From Sulfolobales archaeon HS-7 (GTDB lineage: Archaea; Thermoproteota; Thermoprotei_A; Sulfolobales; Sulfolobaceae): a DNA stretch of 64,000 bases. The notes under the pieces are model-generated. The model made no database searches, had not been told where the DNA came from, and saw nothing but the letters and a program-made list of their open reading frames with translations. A program made the translations under genes and the position numbers. Where the stretch lies: the NCBI GenBank assembly GCA_019704295.1, contig AP024596.1:1856001-1920000 (forward strand). The letters are read 5' to 3'. Position 1 is the stretch's first letter; the number at the start of each line of letters is the position of its first letter. This document shows positions 34,147 through 45,068 of this stretch, one piece after another.

Positions 34147-34737
34147 ATGATTGACGCCCATATTATAAAGAAATATGAAAATTTTACGTTAGACTCTAAG
34201 TTAGAGGATGATGGGTTCATCCTTGTTACCGGCGAAAACGGAAGCGGGAAGTCGACTTTCTTAAAGTGCATAGCTGGAGCAATTAAGCAGGACTCTGGGT
34301 ACGTAAGGATTAATTCCCGTGATATTACCAATCTGCCGATTAGAAAAAGGGGAGTTGTTTTAATTACCGCTGATTCCTTTTTACCTAATCTAAAAGTTCA
34401 AGAGCACCTCCGCATTGGAGGAGAAAAGGTAACGGAACCAGTTAAAAATCTTCTCAATAACATGTCTATACCACTCAGCTCTAAGGTAGGCGAACTAAGT
34501 ATGGGACAGAGAGAAGTTGTGGCAATACTAACTGCAATCCTTGCTGAACCACCTTTAATTTTAATTGATGAAGCCCTAGCAAACATTGAAAACAACCAGG
34601 CTTTTCTTAGTCGAGTGTGGGAATTACGACAAAGAGGCAAATATACAGACACGATAATAGTTTCACATCAAGAATTCGACTTACCTCAGATCAGGAAATA
34701 TCAAATGAGCGGTGGTAGGCTAATTAAAATTTTTTAG
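34147..34737 (+). CDS. ABC transporter ATP-binding protein (ModC/WtpC-like, orphan)
   Basis: GENGSGKST, LSMGQ, ILIDE, VSH. Confidence 0.85.
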   Translation: MIDAHIIKKYENFTLDSKLEDDGFILVTGENGSGKSTFLKCIAGAIKQDSGYVRINSRDITNLPIRKRGVVLITADSFLPNLKVQEHLRIGGEKVTEPVKNLLNNMSIPLSSKVGELSMGQREVVAILTAILAEPPLILIDEALANIENNQAFLSRVWELRQRGKYTDTIIVSHQEFDLPQIRKYQMSGGRLIKIF

Positions 34738-34856
34738 TTTTTCCCCTCATTCTGTTTAACTTATTTAATTCATAATTATGAATTAAGAAACCTATGTATA
34801 AATGATTCATGAAATAAATGAAAAGTTTTATAACAGGATTAAACGTTGAGCATTTT

Positions 34857-36266
34857 ATGTCAGAAATCGATAGAGCTATTAAGACAATAGAAGAGAAAAA
34901 AATTGAATGGTTAGATCTGCAATTTACAGACTTGTTAGGGCAGTTACAGCATGTAACAATTCCCGCTAGGGATCTGACACCAGAGAGTTTCGAAACGGGA
35001 TTTGGAAAACTAGATGGAAGTAGTATTAAGGGATTCACGAGTATATATGAAAGCGATATGGTTCTAAAGCCAGTTGCTAAAACTTTATTCGAGATTCCTT
35101 GGCAAGAGAGAGTAGCAAGAGTATTAACACAAGTATATTGGGGAGGAAACAAGGGGAGATACGAAAAAGACCCTCGGTATATCGCCGAAAGGGCAGAGGA
35201 ATATCAGAGCACCATGGGCTATAAGAGTTACTTTGGCCCAGAGCTTGAGTTCTTCATTTTTGATAAAATAGAGCTAGACATTGCATTACCTCAGCGTGGA
35301 ATAGGGTATAAAATTCATGCTAGGGAGGCTCCTTGGGAAGATACGGGAACTTACAAGATAGGCTACAAAGAAGGATACTATCCTGCTCCTCCAGTAGATC
35401 AACTGATGGATATTAGGTTGGAAATCGTGGATATATTAGAAAAACATTTTGGATTTGAAATAGAGGCATTCCATCATGAAGTAGCAACTGCTGGACAAGG
35501 GGAAATAGATTTCAAGTATACCGAATTATGTGAAGCAAGCGACAAAGTCCAGACCTTGAAGTACGTAGTAAGAAACGTCGCATCAAAAAGGGGAATGCTC
35601 GCTACCTTCATGCCCAAACCCATGTTCGGCGATAACGGTACAGGAATGCATACCCATTTCAGCCTATGGAATAGAGATGGGAAAAATCTGATGTATGATC
35701 CGAATGACGAGTACGCTGAGTTAAGTCAGACAGGAAGGTATGTTATTGGTGGAATTCTAGAACATGCAAGGGCCTTATCTGCTATAGCGTCGCCTACTGT
35801 TAACAGCTATAGAAGACTTATTCCTGGCTTTGAGGCTCCAGTATATCTAGCCTGGAGTAAATCCAATAGAAGCGCTGTGATCAGAGTTCCATCTTACTAC
35901 AAGGGTATGGAAAAAGCTAAGAGAATAGAATACAGAGCCCCGGATCCTACAACTAATCCGTATCTAGCGTTCGCAGCGATCTTAGCAGCAGGTATTGATG
36001 GAATAATCAGGAAGTTAGATCCAGGTGATCCCGTGGATGATAATATATACCACCTTTCACCGGAGAGAAGGAGAGAAATGAAAATCAGGGAACTTCCACG
36101 AAACCTCGATGAAGCTATAGATGAGCTAGAGAGCGATAACGAATTTCTAAAACCAATATTTACTACGGAGATTCTCGATTCATATGTAGAACTAAAGCGA
36201 GAAGAGAGCAGAATATTGTCAATGTATCCGCATCCAATGGAACTCTATTACTATTTAGACAGTTAA
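34857..36266 (+). CDS. glnA: Glutamine synthetase type I
   Basis: [43 protein letters not shown]. Confidence 0.98.
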   Translation: MSEIDRAIKTIEEKKIEWLDLQFTDLLGQLQHVTIPARDLTPESFETGFGKLDGSSIKGFTSIYESDMVLKPVAKTLFEIPWQERVARVLTQVYWGGNKGRYEKDPRYIAERAEEYQSTMGYKSYFGPELEFFIFDKIELDIALPQRGIGYKIHAREAPWEDTGTYKIGYKEGYYPAPPVDQLMDIRLEIVDILEKHFGFEIEAFHHEVATAGQGEIDFKYTELCEASDKVQTLKYVVRNVASKRGMLATFMPKPMFGDNGTGMHTHFSLWNRDGKNLMYDPNDEYAELSQTGRYVIGGILEHARALSAIASPTVNSYRRLIPGFEAPVYLAWSKSNRSAVIRVPSYYKGMEKAKRIEYRAPDPTTNPYLAFAAILAAGIDGIIRKLDPGDPVDDNIYHLSPERRREMKIRELPRNLDEAIDELESDNEFLKPIFTTEILDSYVELKREESRILSMYPHPMELYYYLDS

Positions 36267-36468
36267 TCATTGAATAATTCAGATATATATTGTAACCTTT
36301 ACATATAATTTAGCAAGTTCTCGACCTTAATATAGAAATGCTTACACTAAACGACAGTTAATAATGTCGATAATAACTCGCTAACTATTTTTAATATAAT
36401 ATCTACGTGAGAGGGCTACCTATTGTGGCTCGATAATATTAAATAACTTTTAGGGTAAGTAAATCCAT

Positions 36469-36771
36469 GTGTCAAGTAGTAGATGGACTCCCAGATGGGT
36501 TTTAAGAAAAATTAGACTAGATGAAGGGGAATTTGAAGTGTGTTATGATGAGGTAACTGGTTTATATGTCTGTCCTCTATGTTCCCCAGAGTGTAAAAGG
36601 GAAGTAGATAAAATCCCCGAAGAGACTTCTTATTTCCTAAATGAGAAAGACCTAGTATATCATATAAAGGTTCATCCTAGGAAGCCTTGGAATAGAAGAA
36701 CTCAGAGAAGGAAAATTCCAGAAGAAATAGAGCGTGATAATGAAGAGGACGAAAATGAAGACGATTCTTGA
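36469..36771 (+). CDS. Small Zn-binding hypothetical protein with acidic tail
   Basis: WTPRW, CPLC..C, H...H. Confidence 0.7.
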   Translation: MSSSRWTPRWVLRKIRLDEGEFEVCYDEVTGLYVCPLCSPECKREVDKIPEETSYFLNEKDLVYHIKVHPRKPWNRRTQRRKIPEEIERDNEEDENEDDS

Positions 36772-37525
36772 TTTAGTTATAATATCAAATCTCACACTTG
36801 ACGTAATTAATAACACGATAAGACCTGGAGGACCTGCATTATATTCCGGCTTCGGTGTGGCAAAGGCCGGCGGTTATCCTACTTTGATAGGTCACGGATG
36901 CCACGAATACCCGTTAAACTCGCTTCCCTTTAAATTTACTAATATGATAGTTAATCAAGGCTGTAATATATTTCAAATAACGTATTACGGTAGTAAAAGG
37001 ACATTGAAGTTAATCAAGGCGAGTCCGCCTATACGCATTAGTTCACTACCTAAGGGAATAAGGGGAGTAATTGTCAACCCAGTATTTCATGATGTAAATC
37101 TAGAGGAACTTCTTCCATTAACTGAGACGCCTTTGGCTCTAGATATTCAAGGCTTCTTAAGGAATATAAGGGGTGATATTGTAATTTTTGAAAAAGCGGA
37201 CTTGCCTAAATATGAGTACTTCGTTACTCATGCCAGTATAGATGAACTCCAATCAGCTGGTTATAATATTGAAGAAATTCTAAAACTAGGCTCTAGAGAA
37301 ACCATAATTAGTTACGGGGAGGACGGTTTTGAAGTTTATTTAGGGACAAACTTAGCGACTAGAACTAAACCCACAGAACTATTCAATAACCCAACAGGAG
37401 CTGGAGACCTACTTATTGGAAGCTACTTCACATTCAGAATCAGCGGATATGATGTAATCAGGGCCTCTGAACTGTCAAGAGGAGTAGTCGAGAACTCTTT
37501 GAAAGAACTACATACAGGTCCATGA
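36755..37525 (+). CDS. PfkB/ribokinase-family carbohydrate kinase
   Basis: PGGPALYS, LDIQG, NPTGAGD. Confidence 0.85.
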   Translation: MKTILDLVIISNLTLDVINNTIRPGGPALYSGFGVAKAGGYPTLIGHGCHEYPLNSLPFKFTNMIVNQGCNIFQITYYGSKRTLKLIKASPPIRISSLPKGIRGVIVNPVFHDVNLEELLPLTETPLALDIQGFLRNIRGDIVIFEKADLPKYEYFVTHASIDELQSAGYNIEEILKLGSRETIISYGEDGFEVYLGTNLATRTKPTELFNNPTGAGDLLIGSYFTFRISGYDVIRASELSRGVVENSLKELHTGP

Positions 37526-37554
37526 TGGATCCTAGATAGTTTTAAAAAATACTT

Positions 37555-38202
37555 ATGCAAAAATATATCGTGAATGACAACTCTCTCGGGGATCTCCCCC
37601 TAAGTATAAAAACCTCATATGACATAGCAAACTTCGTTCTCCACTCCCTTTCCATGATAAAACCTTATCAGATAGAGAAAATGATTACTACGTTGACTGA
37701 ATTCTATGAAAGGAGAAAAGCAGGAAAAGTACTTGTTATGGGGGCGGGAAGAAGCGGATTAGTCGGCAGAGCGTTTGCCATGAGATTATTGCACTTAGGT
37801 TATAATTCGTATGTATTAGGTGAGACAATAGTTCCAGCTATTGGTGACAACGATATTGCAATAGCTATTTCAGGTTCAGGAAGGACTAAACTAATATACA
37901 CTGCCGCAGAAGCTGTAAAGGAAGCCAAAGCAACTCTGATCGGGATCACAAGCTATGCTGATTCGCCTTTGGGAAAGGTTGCCGACATAATAGTGGAAGT
38001 CCCTGGCAGGACCAAGTATTCTCAGAATGAAGACTATTTTGCGAGGCAAATCCTAGGAATAACCGAACCTTTAGCGCCATTAGGCACTCTCTTCGAGGAT
38101 ACTGCACAGATAATTTTAGATGGGATAGTAGCTGAGCTTATGGTCAGGCTTAAAAAAACTGAGGAGGACCTAAGGATGATACATGCTAATGTTGAACTTT
38201 AA
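37555..38202 (+). CDS. hxlB: 6-phospho-3-hexuloisomerase
   Basis: [28 protein letters not shown]. Confidence 0.95.
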   Translation: MQKYIVNDNSLGDLPLSIKTSYDIANFVLHSLSMIKPYQIEKMITTLTEFYERRKAGKVLVMGAGRSGLVGRAFAMRLLHLGYNSYVLGETIVPAIGDNDIAIAISGSGRTKLIYTAAEAVKEAKATLIGITSYADSPLGKVADIIVEVPGRTKYSQNEDYFARQILGITEPLAPLGTLFEDTAQIILDGIVAELMVRLKKTEEDLRMIHANVEL

Positions 38203-38254
38203 ACACTTTTCTAGAAAAGCTTTTGTGTTACGGCAACAATCACATAACCTGATT

Positions 38255-38959
38255 ATGAGCGACTCGTATCCGTTATACATGTTTGACTCTTATCTAAATT
38301 CTTTTAAGTCAGAAGTAATCGAAGTTGTTAATGATAAAATCTATTTAAAGGAAACCGCTTTTTTTCCTGGAGGGGGTGGTCTGGAAAACGACATCGGATT
38401 TATCGAATATAATAACAGGCAAATTCCTGTAGTCAAGGTAGAAAAGGAAGGTAAAAGAATAGCCCACTATATTGGGGAAAGTGAGATACCAAAAGGCGTT
38501 ATAGTAAACTGTACGATAGCATGGGATAGACGATATAAAATGATGCGATTGCATACCGCCTCACACATAATTGCGGCAATAGCGTATAATGAGTTTGGTG
38601 CTATGGTCACGGGTGGACATATATCACCCGAATATGCAAAGGACGACTTCTCATTAGATTCTAAAGAACATCTTGAGGCTATAGTGGAGAAGGCTAATGA
38701 AGTTGCGTTACGGGGAATAGATGTTAAGGTTTATTTTTTAAATAAGGATGAAGCAATTAAGATACCAGGAATTGTTAAATTAGCCGAGAGAAATCCACCC
38801 GACGAGGAGAAGTGGAGAATTGTAGAAATACCAGGAATTGACATTCAAGCTGATGGCGGACCGCATGTGAAGAATACTAAGGAAATAGGCAAGATTAGAA
38901 TAACTAAAATTGAAAATAAGGGTAAAAACAGGAAAAGAGTTTACTATACAGTTGAGTGA
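38255..38959 (+). CDS. alaX: AlaX free-standing alanyl-tRNA editing protein
   Basis: TAFFPGGGG, RLHTASH, DGGPHV. Confidence 0.92.
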   Translation: MSDSYPLYMFDSYLNSFKSEVIEVVNDKIYLKETAFFPGGGGLENDIGFIEYNNRQIPVVKVEKEGKRIAHYIGESEIPKGVIVNCTIAWDRRYKMMRLHTASHIIAAIAYNEFGAMVTGGHISPEYAKDDFSLDSKEHLEAIVEKANEVALRGIDVKVYFLNKDEAIKIPGIVKLAERNPPDEEKWRIVEIPGIDIQADGGPHVKNTKEIGKIRITKIENKGKNRKRVYYTVE

Positions 38960-38961
38960 AC

Positions 38962-39423
38962 TTACGGTTTAATTACTGTGTCATATAATATTCTTTTCCT
39001 TTCTAGTAACAGATTCTGAACTTGAGTTATTATACTAGTAGATGGATTATCCACAAGGGATTTACAGGCAGTAATTAACTGATAGTCGAATTGTATTAAT
39101 TGATTTAATGTAACTTGATCTAGGGGTAATGATCGCAAACCTGAGGGAGAAGCTATTAACTGTGTGTAAATCTCCCGTAATGCATTAATTAGCGTGTCAT
39201 ATTGCTTGATTTTTTCAAAGTCAAAACCACTTAAATTCAATCCCATCGATGAACCTACGCTGTTTCTTTCGTTTTCAACTTTCGCTAGGGCTTCGGAAAC
39301 CCATAGGGCCGCAGTATTTCTAACTAGAGCGTCATCCTTCGCAATCTGATTTTTAATGAAATAGCCCCTATATCCTGGAATAATCCTTTGTATTTCGTAT
39401 AGTAAATTAGGTAGTATTGACAT
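38962..39423 (-). CDS. Conserved helical hypothetical protein
   Basis: IPGYRGY...DD.LVR and L..FD motifs; directly downstream of the SPFH gene. Confidence 0.7.
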   Translation of the reverse strand: MSILPNLLYEIQRIIPGYRGYFIKNQIAKDDALVRNTAALWVSEALAKVENERNSVGSSMGLNLSGFDFEKIKQYDTLINALREIYTQLIASPSGLRSLPLDQVTLNQLIQFDYQLITACKSLVDNPSTSIITQVQNLLLERKRILYDTVIKP

Positions 39424-39426
39424 TTA

Positions 39427-40314
39427 TCACTTTTCCCCAGCGGGCTTTCCTTCCTGTTTTGATGGTTGTTCAGTTGTCTGCTGCAACTGTGCTATACTTC
39501 CCCCTATGAAACCTCCAGCGTATGGCACTAGTATGTCTAAGGGCTTTTTAGCTAAAACGTTAGGTGTGGTTATTACTCCTCTATCAGCGAGAACTCGTGA
39601 CAGCTCATAAAGTGCTGCATCGTCTGACGAAAATCCTAAGGCTATCAGTGATAATATTCTCTTAATCATCTCGTCGTTGGCTTTTATTATAACTCTCACC
39701 TTATCTAATACTAATCCGAATTCCCTTAGTTCTTGACCTATTGCCGACTTTACGACTTCGGTAACTTTATCCGCAATCGTATTAATCTCTTTAAGGGAAA
39801 CTTGCTGGAGAAGTTGGTTTATTGCCTGGTCTATTATAGGATCTAGGAAAAACTTTAGATCCGCTACAGTGTATTTATGTTCCTTTAACATAATGGATTG
39901 TATCAGTCTGAGTACGTCATCTTGGTTTGGTGATACGTGGAAGTAGTATGTAACATCGTACTCCACTTCCGCCAACTCTTTCGTATAAGCTAGACCTCTT
40001 GTTGTAACTAATAACCTTGCCAAGTTAATGAAGATTACTTCATAAAGCCACGGGGCTACACCTCCGTAAAGTTCTCTCCTTATGAAACCCGTTATTGGTT
40101 TATCGGGCGTTTGAAGTTGATATTGCCCTTGCTGATATATACCTAGAATTGCCCCTCTCGACTTAACGACAGCCACTTCATTACTTTCCACCACCAGATA
40201 AGAGCCGGAGAAAATTGAGGCGTCGGGATAGCGCCACATAATTGTGTTTTGATCCATGAAAGAAGTTCCATTTTCCAATAAGGTTGAAACTACTTTATAA
40301 GGAGTACCTGGCAT
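39427..40314 (-). CDS. SPFH/band-7-like domain protein
   Basis: WRYP...I..GS.LVVESNEVAV...G, EVIFIN. Confidence 0.75.
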   Translation of the reverse strand: MPGTPYKVVSTLLENGTSFMDQNTIMWRYPDASIFSGSYLVVESNEVAVVKSRGAILGIYQQGQYQLQTPDKPITGFIRRELYGGVAPWLYEVIFINLARLLVTTRGLAYTKELAEVEYDVTYYFHVSPNQDDVLRLIQSIMLKEHKYTVADLKFFLDPIIDQAINQLLQQVSLKEINTIADKVTEVVKSAIGQELREFGLVLDKVRVIIKANDEMIKRILSLIALGFSSDDAALYELSRVLADRGVITTPNVLAKKPLDILVPYAGGFIGGSIAQLQQTTEQPSKQEGKPAGEK

Positions 40315-40472
40315 GGAAAACGATTTACCCTATAGTTAAAAAAACTGTCTGTATAAAAATACACAACTTATTGATATGGGCTGAATTTCTCCTCTCTATT
40401 ATCATTAGTTAAATGCGATTAATGCTAAAGGAGGTTAAGGAATACATCCTGATCTTTAGAGTCATAGGAAGC

Positions 40473-40680
40473 GTAAACTCACCCCTTCTTGGCAAAGGAG
40501 GCTTCCCGACTCACGCCTCTCCTTGCCAGCGGCAGAAAACGAAGCTCCACAGGCCCTGATAGTCGCACCAAGGCTGAAGTTAAAATTAGCGTTCAACATA
40601 TGACTGTAGTTGGGGGAGACGGGTATTACACCAACTCTCGCTTGGGCGTATCTGTGACGTTTACTCTGTTGATGACCGTT
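40473..40680 (-). pseudogene. TnpB (IS200/IS605) C-terminal remnant with right-end/omegaRNA region
   Basis: VIPVSPNYS and LNANFN resemble TnpB motifs with the Zn finger missing; ends GGAAGCCTCCTTTGCCAAGAAGGGGTGAGTTTAC. Confidence 0.55.
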
Positions 40681-40978
40681 AATGATATATTCGGCTACGA
40701 ACAGATATTTAATCTTATACAAAAGAGCTATCTATCCCCCTCCTCGTGGATCTTTTGCTCCCTTTGAACACACAATGAAGATAAACATAGAGTTACAAAG
40801 TTCATCACTGCTTAATTTTCCTATAAAAAGACATCTGAACCCTACAGTTTGCACATCCACTCATGGAGTTCTAATGAACTGTCGTGGATGTCCTCCATGT
40901 AGGGCTATATACTTGTTTAACTATAATTCGGTAAAAACGCTATTCGTTTTTAACTTGTGTTATTTTTCTTGTACTCGC

Positions 40979-41551
40979 ATGATAATACTCTCACTACTGT
41001 TCGGAATAGCAATGGGATTATCCATAGCGGCTCCACCAGGACCAGTAAACGCAATAATAGCAACTGAAGCAGTGAAATCTAAGTTGCATGGAACGAGCGT
41101 TGGTTTAGGAGCAATGACAGCGGACTTTACTTTCTTTCTAATTACCCTCTTTTTAGGAAGAGTTGTTCCCTCTACTATAATTAACTACATGTATCTAATC
41201 GGCAGCTTACTTATCATATATATATGTTATAATATATTGCATTCTTCATCTTCCCTAAGAAGTAGAGGTGGAAACTACTTTATGGGATTAATAATAGGTT
41301 TAACTAACCCCTTTCAAATAACATGGTGGTTAACAGCGGGTCTTTTCATGATAAGGGAATTAACAATAACTACTCCTATAGGTTTCTTTTCTGGCATACT
41401 GATCTGGATATTTACGTTTCCATACCTCGTTAATAAATTAGGCCAGAAATACATATTTTTAATAAAACTACTTAGTATCACAGTTTTACTTATTTTTGCA
41501 TCACTAATGTTTTATGAATTTTCAGAAAATATTATTCTCCCACATTTGTGA
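40979..41551 (+). CDS. LysE family translocator
   Basis: GLSIAAPPGPVN, GAMTAD, LTNPFQITWW. Confidence 0.92.
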   Translation: MIILSLLFGIAMGLSIAAPPGPVNAIIATEAVKSKLHGTSVGLGAMTADFTFFLITLFLGRVVPSTIINYMYLIGSLLIIYICYNILHSSSSLRSRGGNYFMGLIIGLTNPFQITWWLTAGLFMIRELTITTPIGFFSGILIWIFTFPYLVNKLGQKYIFLIKLLSITVLLIFASLMFYEFSENIILPHL

Positions 41552-42664
41552 AGCTAATTTCCCCTCATACATGAATTCCTTAATCATATCCTTCCTCTTT
41601 TCTCTCTCCTGTCTATGTACCTCTAAGAAAGTGTTAAGTTTCTCTATCAATATCTCCTTTAACTCTCCGGTAAGCATTTTTCCACTTGTATACTCCTCTC
41701 TTATTTCTTCAATTCTCTTATCATTATCCTCGAAATAGTAATACAACCAAATAAAAGATATATCTATATCTGGATTCCCTCCAAGCTTTCTTTGAAGTTC
41801 TATGGTGGGTTGTCCGCCAGAAAACGCGTATTTCATTATTTTATTTCTAACTGTTTTTTCATCATCGGTAAGATAGATCGCAGTCTCTGGTTGTGAAGAG
41901 CTCATTTTACCTTCAATTCCAGTGAGAGGAGGGAAAAACTTGCTATGAATAGCTGCCGCCTTAAGGTAACCTAAACTCGGAGCTAAGTCTCGCTGAAGCC
42001 TCCAGTAAGGATCCTGATCAATACCTGCGGGTATTAAACACCTCTTCTTCTCAAAGAAAGTGGGTGCAATTTGCAGTGCAGGATAAAATAGCATGCCTAT
42101 GTTAGTTGAGTTTTCGAAACCGAAGGTTGCTTTTACTTCCGAAAAATTTAACTTTTTTGCAATTTTAAGAGCTAGAGGATACATTTGCTTAATATATTGT
42201 GTGTCCTGAAATATGAACGTTTTATCCTTATCAAATCCCACTGCTATTATATCCAGGATGTTCTCTTTAGCTGCTTGTTTGACCTCCTCTAATTCTAAAT
42301 CCTGCTTCGCAAGGTATTTCTCGTCATCAGTTACCTCTATGTACACATTTGCGTTAAATTTTTCTTGTAACCATTTAGTGAAGATAAACGGTATGATGTG
42401 ACCCACGTGCATATCACGAGAAGGCCCTCTCCCAGTATACAAGAAGAATCCCTTTCCTTGTTCGAAATCCTGTAACACCAAATCTAAGTCCCTGTGCGAA
42501 AAGAAAATGCCTCTTCTTAACAGTACGTGAAGTTCTCCAGCTGAATTCCTCATCTTGATAAGTAACTGTTCGTCGATCTTCTTAGTTCCAAACTGTTCTA
42601 TTAGCTTATCATAATCCACTTTTCCCTTAACATTCCACGGGGTAACTGCAAACCCTTCAGACAT
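41522..42664 (-). CDS. trpS: Tryptophanyl-tRNA synthetase
   Basis: VTPW, YTGRGPS, HVGH, GIDQDPY, KMSSS. Confidence 0.98.
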   Translation of the reverse strand: MSEGFAVTPWNVKGKVDYDKLIEQFGTKKIDEQLLIKMRNSAGELHVLLRRGIFFSHRDLDLVLQDFEQGKGFFLYTGRGPSRDMHVGHIIPFIFTKWLQEKFNANVYIEVTDDEKYLAKQDLELEEVKQAAKENILDIIAVGFDKDKTFIFQDTQYIKQMYPLALKIAKKLNFSEVKATFGFENSTNIGMLFYPALQIAPTFFEKKRCLIPAGIDQDPYWRLQRDLAPSLGYLKAAAIHSKFFPPLTGIEGKMSSSQPETAIYLTDDEKTVRNKIMKYAFSGGQPTIELQRKLGGNPDIDISFIWLYYYFEDNDKRIEEIREEYTSGKMLTGELKEILIEKLNTFLEVHRQEREKRKDMIKEFMYEGKLASQMWENNIF

Positions 42665-42699
42665 CAAAAGAATAAATACGGCTTCCCATATATCTATTT

Positions 42700-43116
42700 A
42701 TGGGTCTTCAAGCAATATTTGGAATAGTATTTGCTATTATATTCTATTTCATTAGTGTAGTAACTGTATTAGCTTCATACGGAAATCTGGAAGATAGTTA
42801 TACTGCTTTAGGAACGACATCAAACTATAGATGGGGTACAAATAGTAATTACGCGAGAGCCTTTGGAGTTATTGCTTTAGGTACCTCTATGATCTCCATG
42901 CTGCTTATATTAATTCACGGTCTATTCTTCGGACTTTACGGTCTTATAGCTATTGCAGACTTACTTTGTTTAATTCCTGCTGCTTTCGCCACTGCGTTGT
43001 CTACAAGATATAATCCATCGTTATTCCGCACTATCTTTAATCTAAGGTATACTGCAATATTCTCAATTACGCTATTAATATCTGCAATTATATACTTGTT
43101 TGTGATTTACGTTTAA
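42700..43116 (+). CDS. Hypothetical membrane protein
   Basis: Four hydrophobic segments. Confidence 0.65.
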   Translation: MGLQAIFGIVFAIIFYFISVVTVLASYGNLEDSYTALGTTSNYRWGTNSNYARAFGVIALGTSMISMLLILIHGLFFGLYGLIAIADLLCLIPAAFATALSTRYNPSLFRTIFNLRYTAIFSITLLISAIIYLFVIYV

Positions 43117-43492
43117 CGTATTCGCTGTATAATTTTTCAACTGTTTTACGATTAACCTTTTTGCCGTGTGGTCTTAACCCTCCACTAAAATTGGAGGGAA
43201 TGTGAAGCAATTCGTGAATCAAGACTTTAATTTTCTCATTCTTATCAAGTTGTTCAAATCTCGGATATACCAGTTCGATTACATATACGGGCGGAATATT
43301 ATAGGCCTTAATTATTGTTTTAGGTACAGTCCATATCCTAGCTAATGCCCTCGTTTTGGCTCCGTAAGATCGTATTACTCTCACTCTCTCTGGAACAATA
43401 TAATTAAGTTCTAACGTGCTAATTATATCTTTTATCTCCTCTGTAGTACTTTCGTCATTGGTATACTTAATAATTTTTGAACCCCGTTTCAC
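43088..43492 (-). CDS. Putative zinc metallopeptidase
   Basis: ARIW, YVIE, IHELLHIP, GGLRPH. Confidence 0.85.
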   Translation of the reverse strand: MKRGSKIIKYTNDESTTEEIKDIISTLELNYIVPERVRVIRSYGAKTRALARIWTVPKTIIKAYNIPPVYVIELVYPRFEQLDKNEKIKVLIHELLHIPSNFSGGLRPHGKKVNRKTVEKLYSEYVKRKSQTSI

Positions 43493-43515
43493 TTAAGACG
43501 ATTTGCTTTAATTTC

Positions 43516-43725
43516 TTAATAAGGAGCGTTTAGTTCGAAAATGAACTTCTTAGTGGTATAATTAACATTCTTTACGACTGTTTTTTCTCTTACCAAATCC
43601 GCTAATTTTTCCCTAAGATCTAGCAAGTTTACTCTTGGATCTATTTTTAGTGCGCATTCCTTAATTTCATCAAAGTACATTGGCCTTTTCTTCAAACATT
43701 CAAAGATGATCACTCTCGTGTCCAT
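43516..43725 (-). CDS. Small winged-helix-like hypothetical protein
   Basis: 69 aa; pattern I...L...P....EI....LREKLADLVRE. Confidence 0.65.
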   Translation of the reverse strand: MDTRVIIFECLKKRPMYFDEIKECALKIDPRVNLLDLREKLADLVREKTVVKNVNYTTKKFIFELNAPY

Positions 43726-43899
43726 TTTACAGAACTATGTTAAACTCACAACTAATTTAATTTATCGTCAATCTGCGTCTTCAGAGTTAACGGCTGTGAA
43801 TAAATATACTTTACTTAAATAACTTATACTTCACCATATCTTAAGGGGTTGAGTTTATAATTATTCGTAATCGTTATAATAATTCCAAAATTATACCTA

Positions 43900-44825
43900 A
43901 GAACGTAATCCGAATATTCGGACTTAATAAGGAAAAGGAGGTTTAGGCGGAAAACGGAGAGAAGATAAGGAGATAAAGCAGCCCGTAAGAAAACCCTAGC
44001 GATGATATGCACCGTTTACAAGCGGTTAAGTCAAGCTGAGAACGGAGAGAAGGAAAGGTAAACTGTTAGAAGGAGAAGCTGAGAGTAGATCGAAAGGAAA
44101 AACTCGAGAAAATGTTGGTTAGAGGTCCAAGGGAAAGCGGATTAAAATGTTACTTCTCGATGCTTAAACTCGTTTCAAGAGGGGAAATTTATGCGAAGTA
44201 TGATAAGGAGGGGTTATCTTATAAGGGTGGAAGAGGAGAGATTAACCAGAGGAGGTTAACCAGTATAGGTAGGAATACCCTGAGTGAATGTTACGTTAGT
44301 AATTCCATAAAGTTCTTGTTGATTAAAATAACGTAAAATCAGACAAAAATAAGGTACAGACCTATTGGAAATACTAATGCGTTTATCCTTCTTAACACTT
44401 AATAAGCGTAAAGTCCGAGGATGTTATATTTAGGGAGGGCGAGTAAGTGAAATCAAAAGCTAGTTGTTAGCACGGATAACGCGTCGTAGAGGGAAAGTTA
44501 GGGATTTCCTGAAAGAGGACGCCGTTAATGCTTATACTTTCCTCCATACTCTCAAGAGTCCCTAGGGGAACCTTTGCGGTATTTAAGGAGAGCCTCCTCC
44601 CGAAAGTCCGCGTGGAATTTGAGTAGTTTTAGTAAAAGACGAATAGATTCCTTCGCTAAAACGGGAAGGTGGTAAGGAACCTTTAGTATACCATACCAAG
44701 GAACAGCGAAACCTGGACAACGTTGTTACGTGAAGTTCCATCGCTCTTTTAATAGTTTAAGATGATATAAAAAGGTGCCTTAAAAATACGATAAACCTCA
44801 AACACAGAATCCCGTAATACACTAG
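43900..44825 (+). pseudogene. Decayed transposase-like region
   Basis: ~900 bp purine-rich plus strand with broken frames; fragments resembling an integrase core (TDNA, HTLKSP). Confidence 0.3.
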
Positions 44826-44990
44826 AAATTATAACCGTAATAATAAAGTCTTTTTCGGACTCTCCAATAATGCACTTAATTTTATAAACTAAATCACCGT
44901 CTATTCTTCACAATTTATTAGGTTTAAATTCATTAAATTTATAGATATGGAAATAGTATAGATATCTGTGAAAAAATGGAGGTTGTGAAA

Positions 44991-45026
44991 ATGAGTCCAC
45001 CAAGCGATTGTGACGATGGCGACTAA
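44991..45026 (+). CDS. 11-aa acidic peptide MSPPSDCDDGD (alternative start 44976)
   Basis: SD GGAGGT at 44978-44983, 7 nt before ATG; TTTATA box at 44938; GC-richer than its AT-rich flanks. Confidence 0.5.
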   Translation: MSPPSDCDDGD

Positions 45027-45068
45027 AGGTTTATTAATGAGATTATAATATGTTATTTTTGGTATTAA

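Noticed and set aside
40682-40978. N-terminal extensions of the LysE ORF (also 49504-49629 and 62637-62762)
   Set aside because: Non-homologous read-through of intergenic or MITE DNA; downstream starts fit the family N-termini
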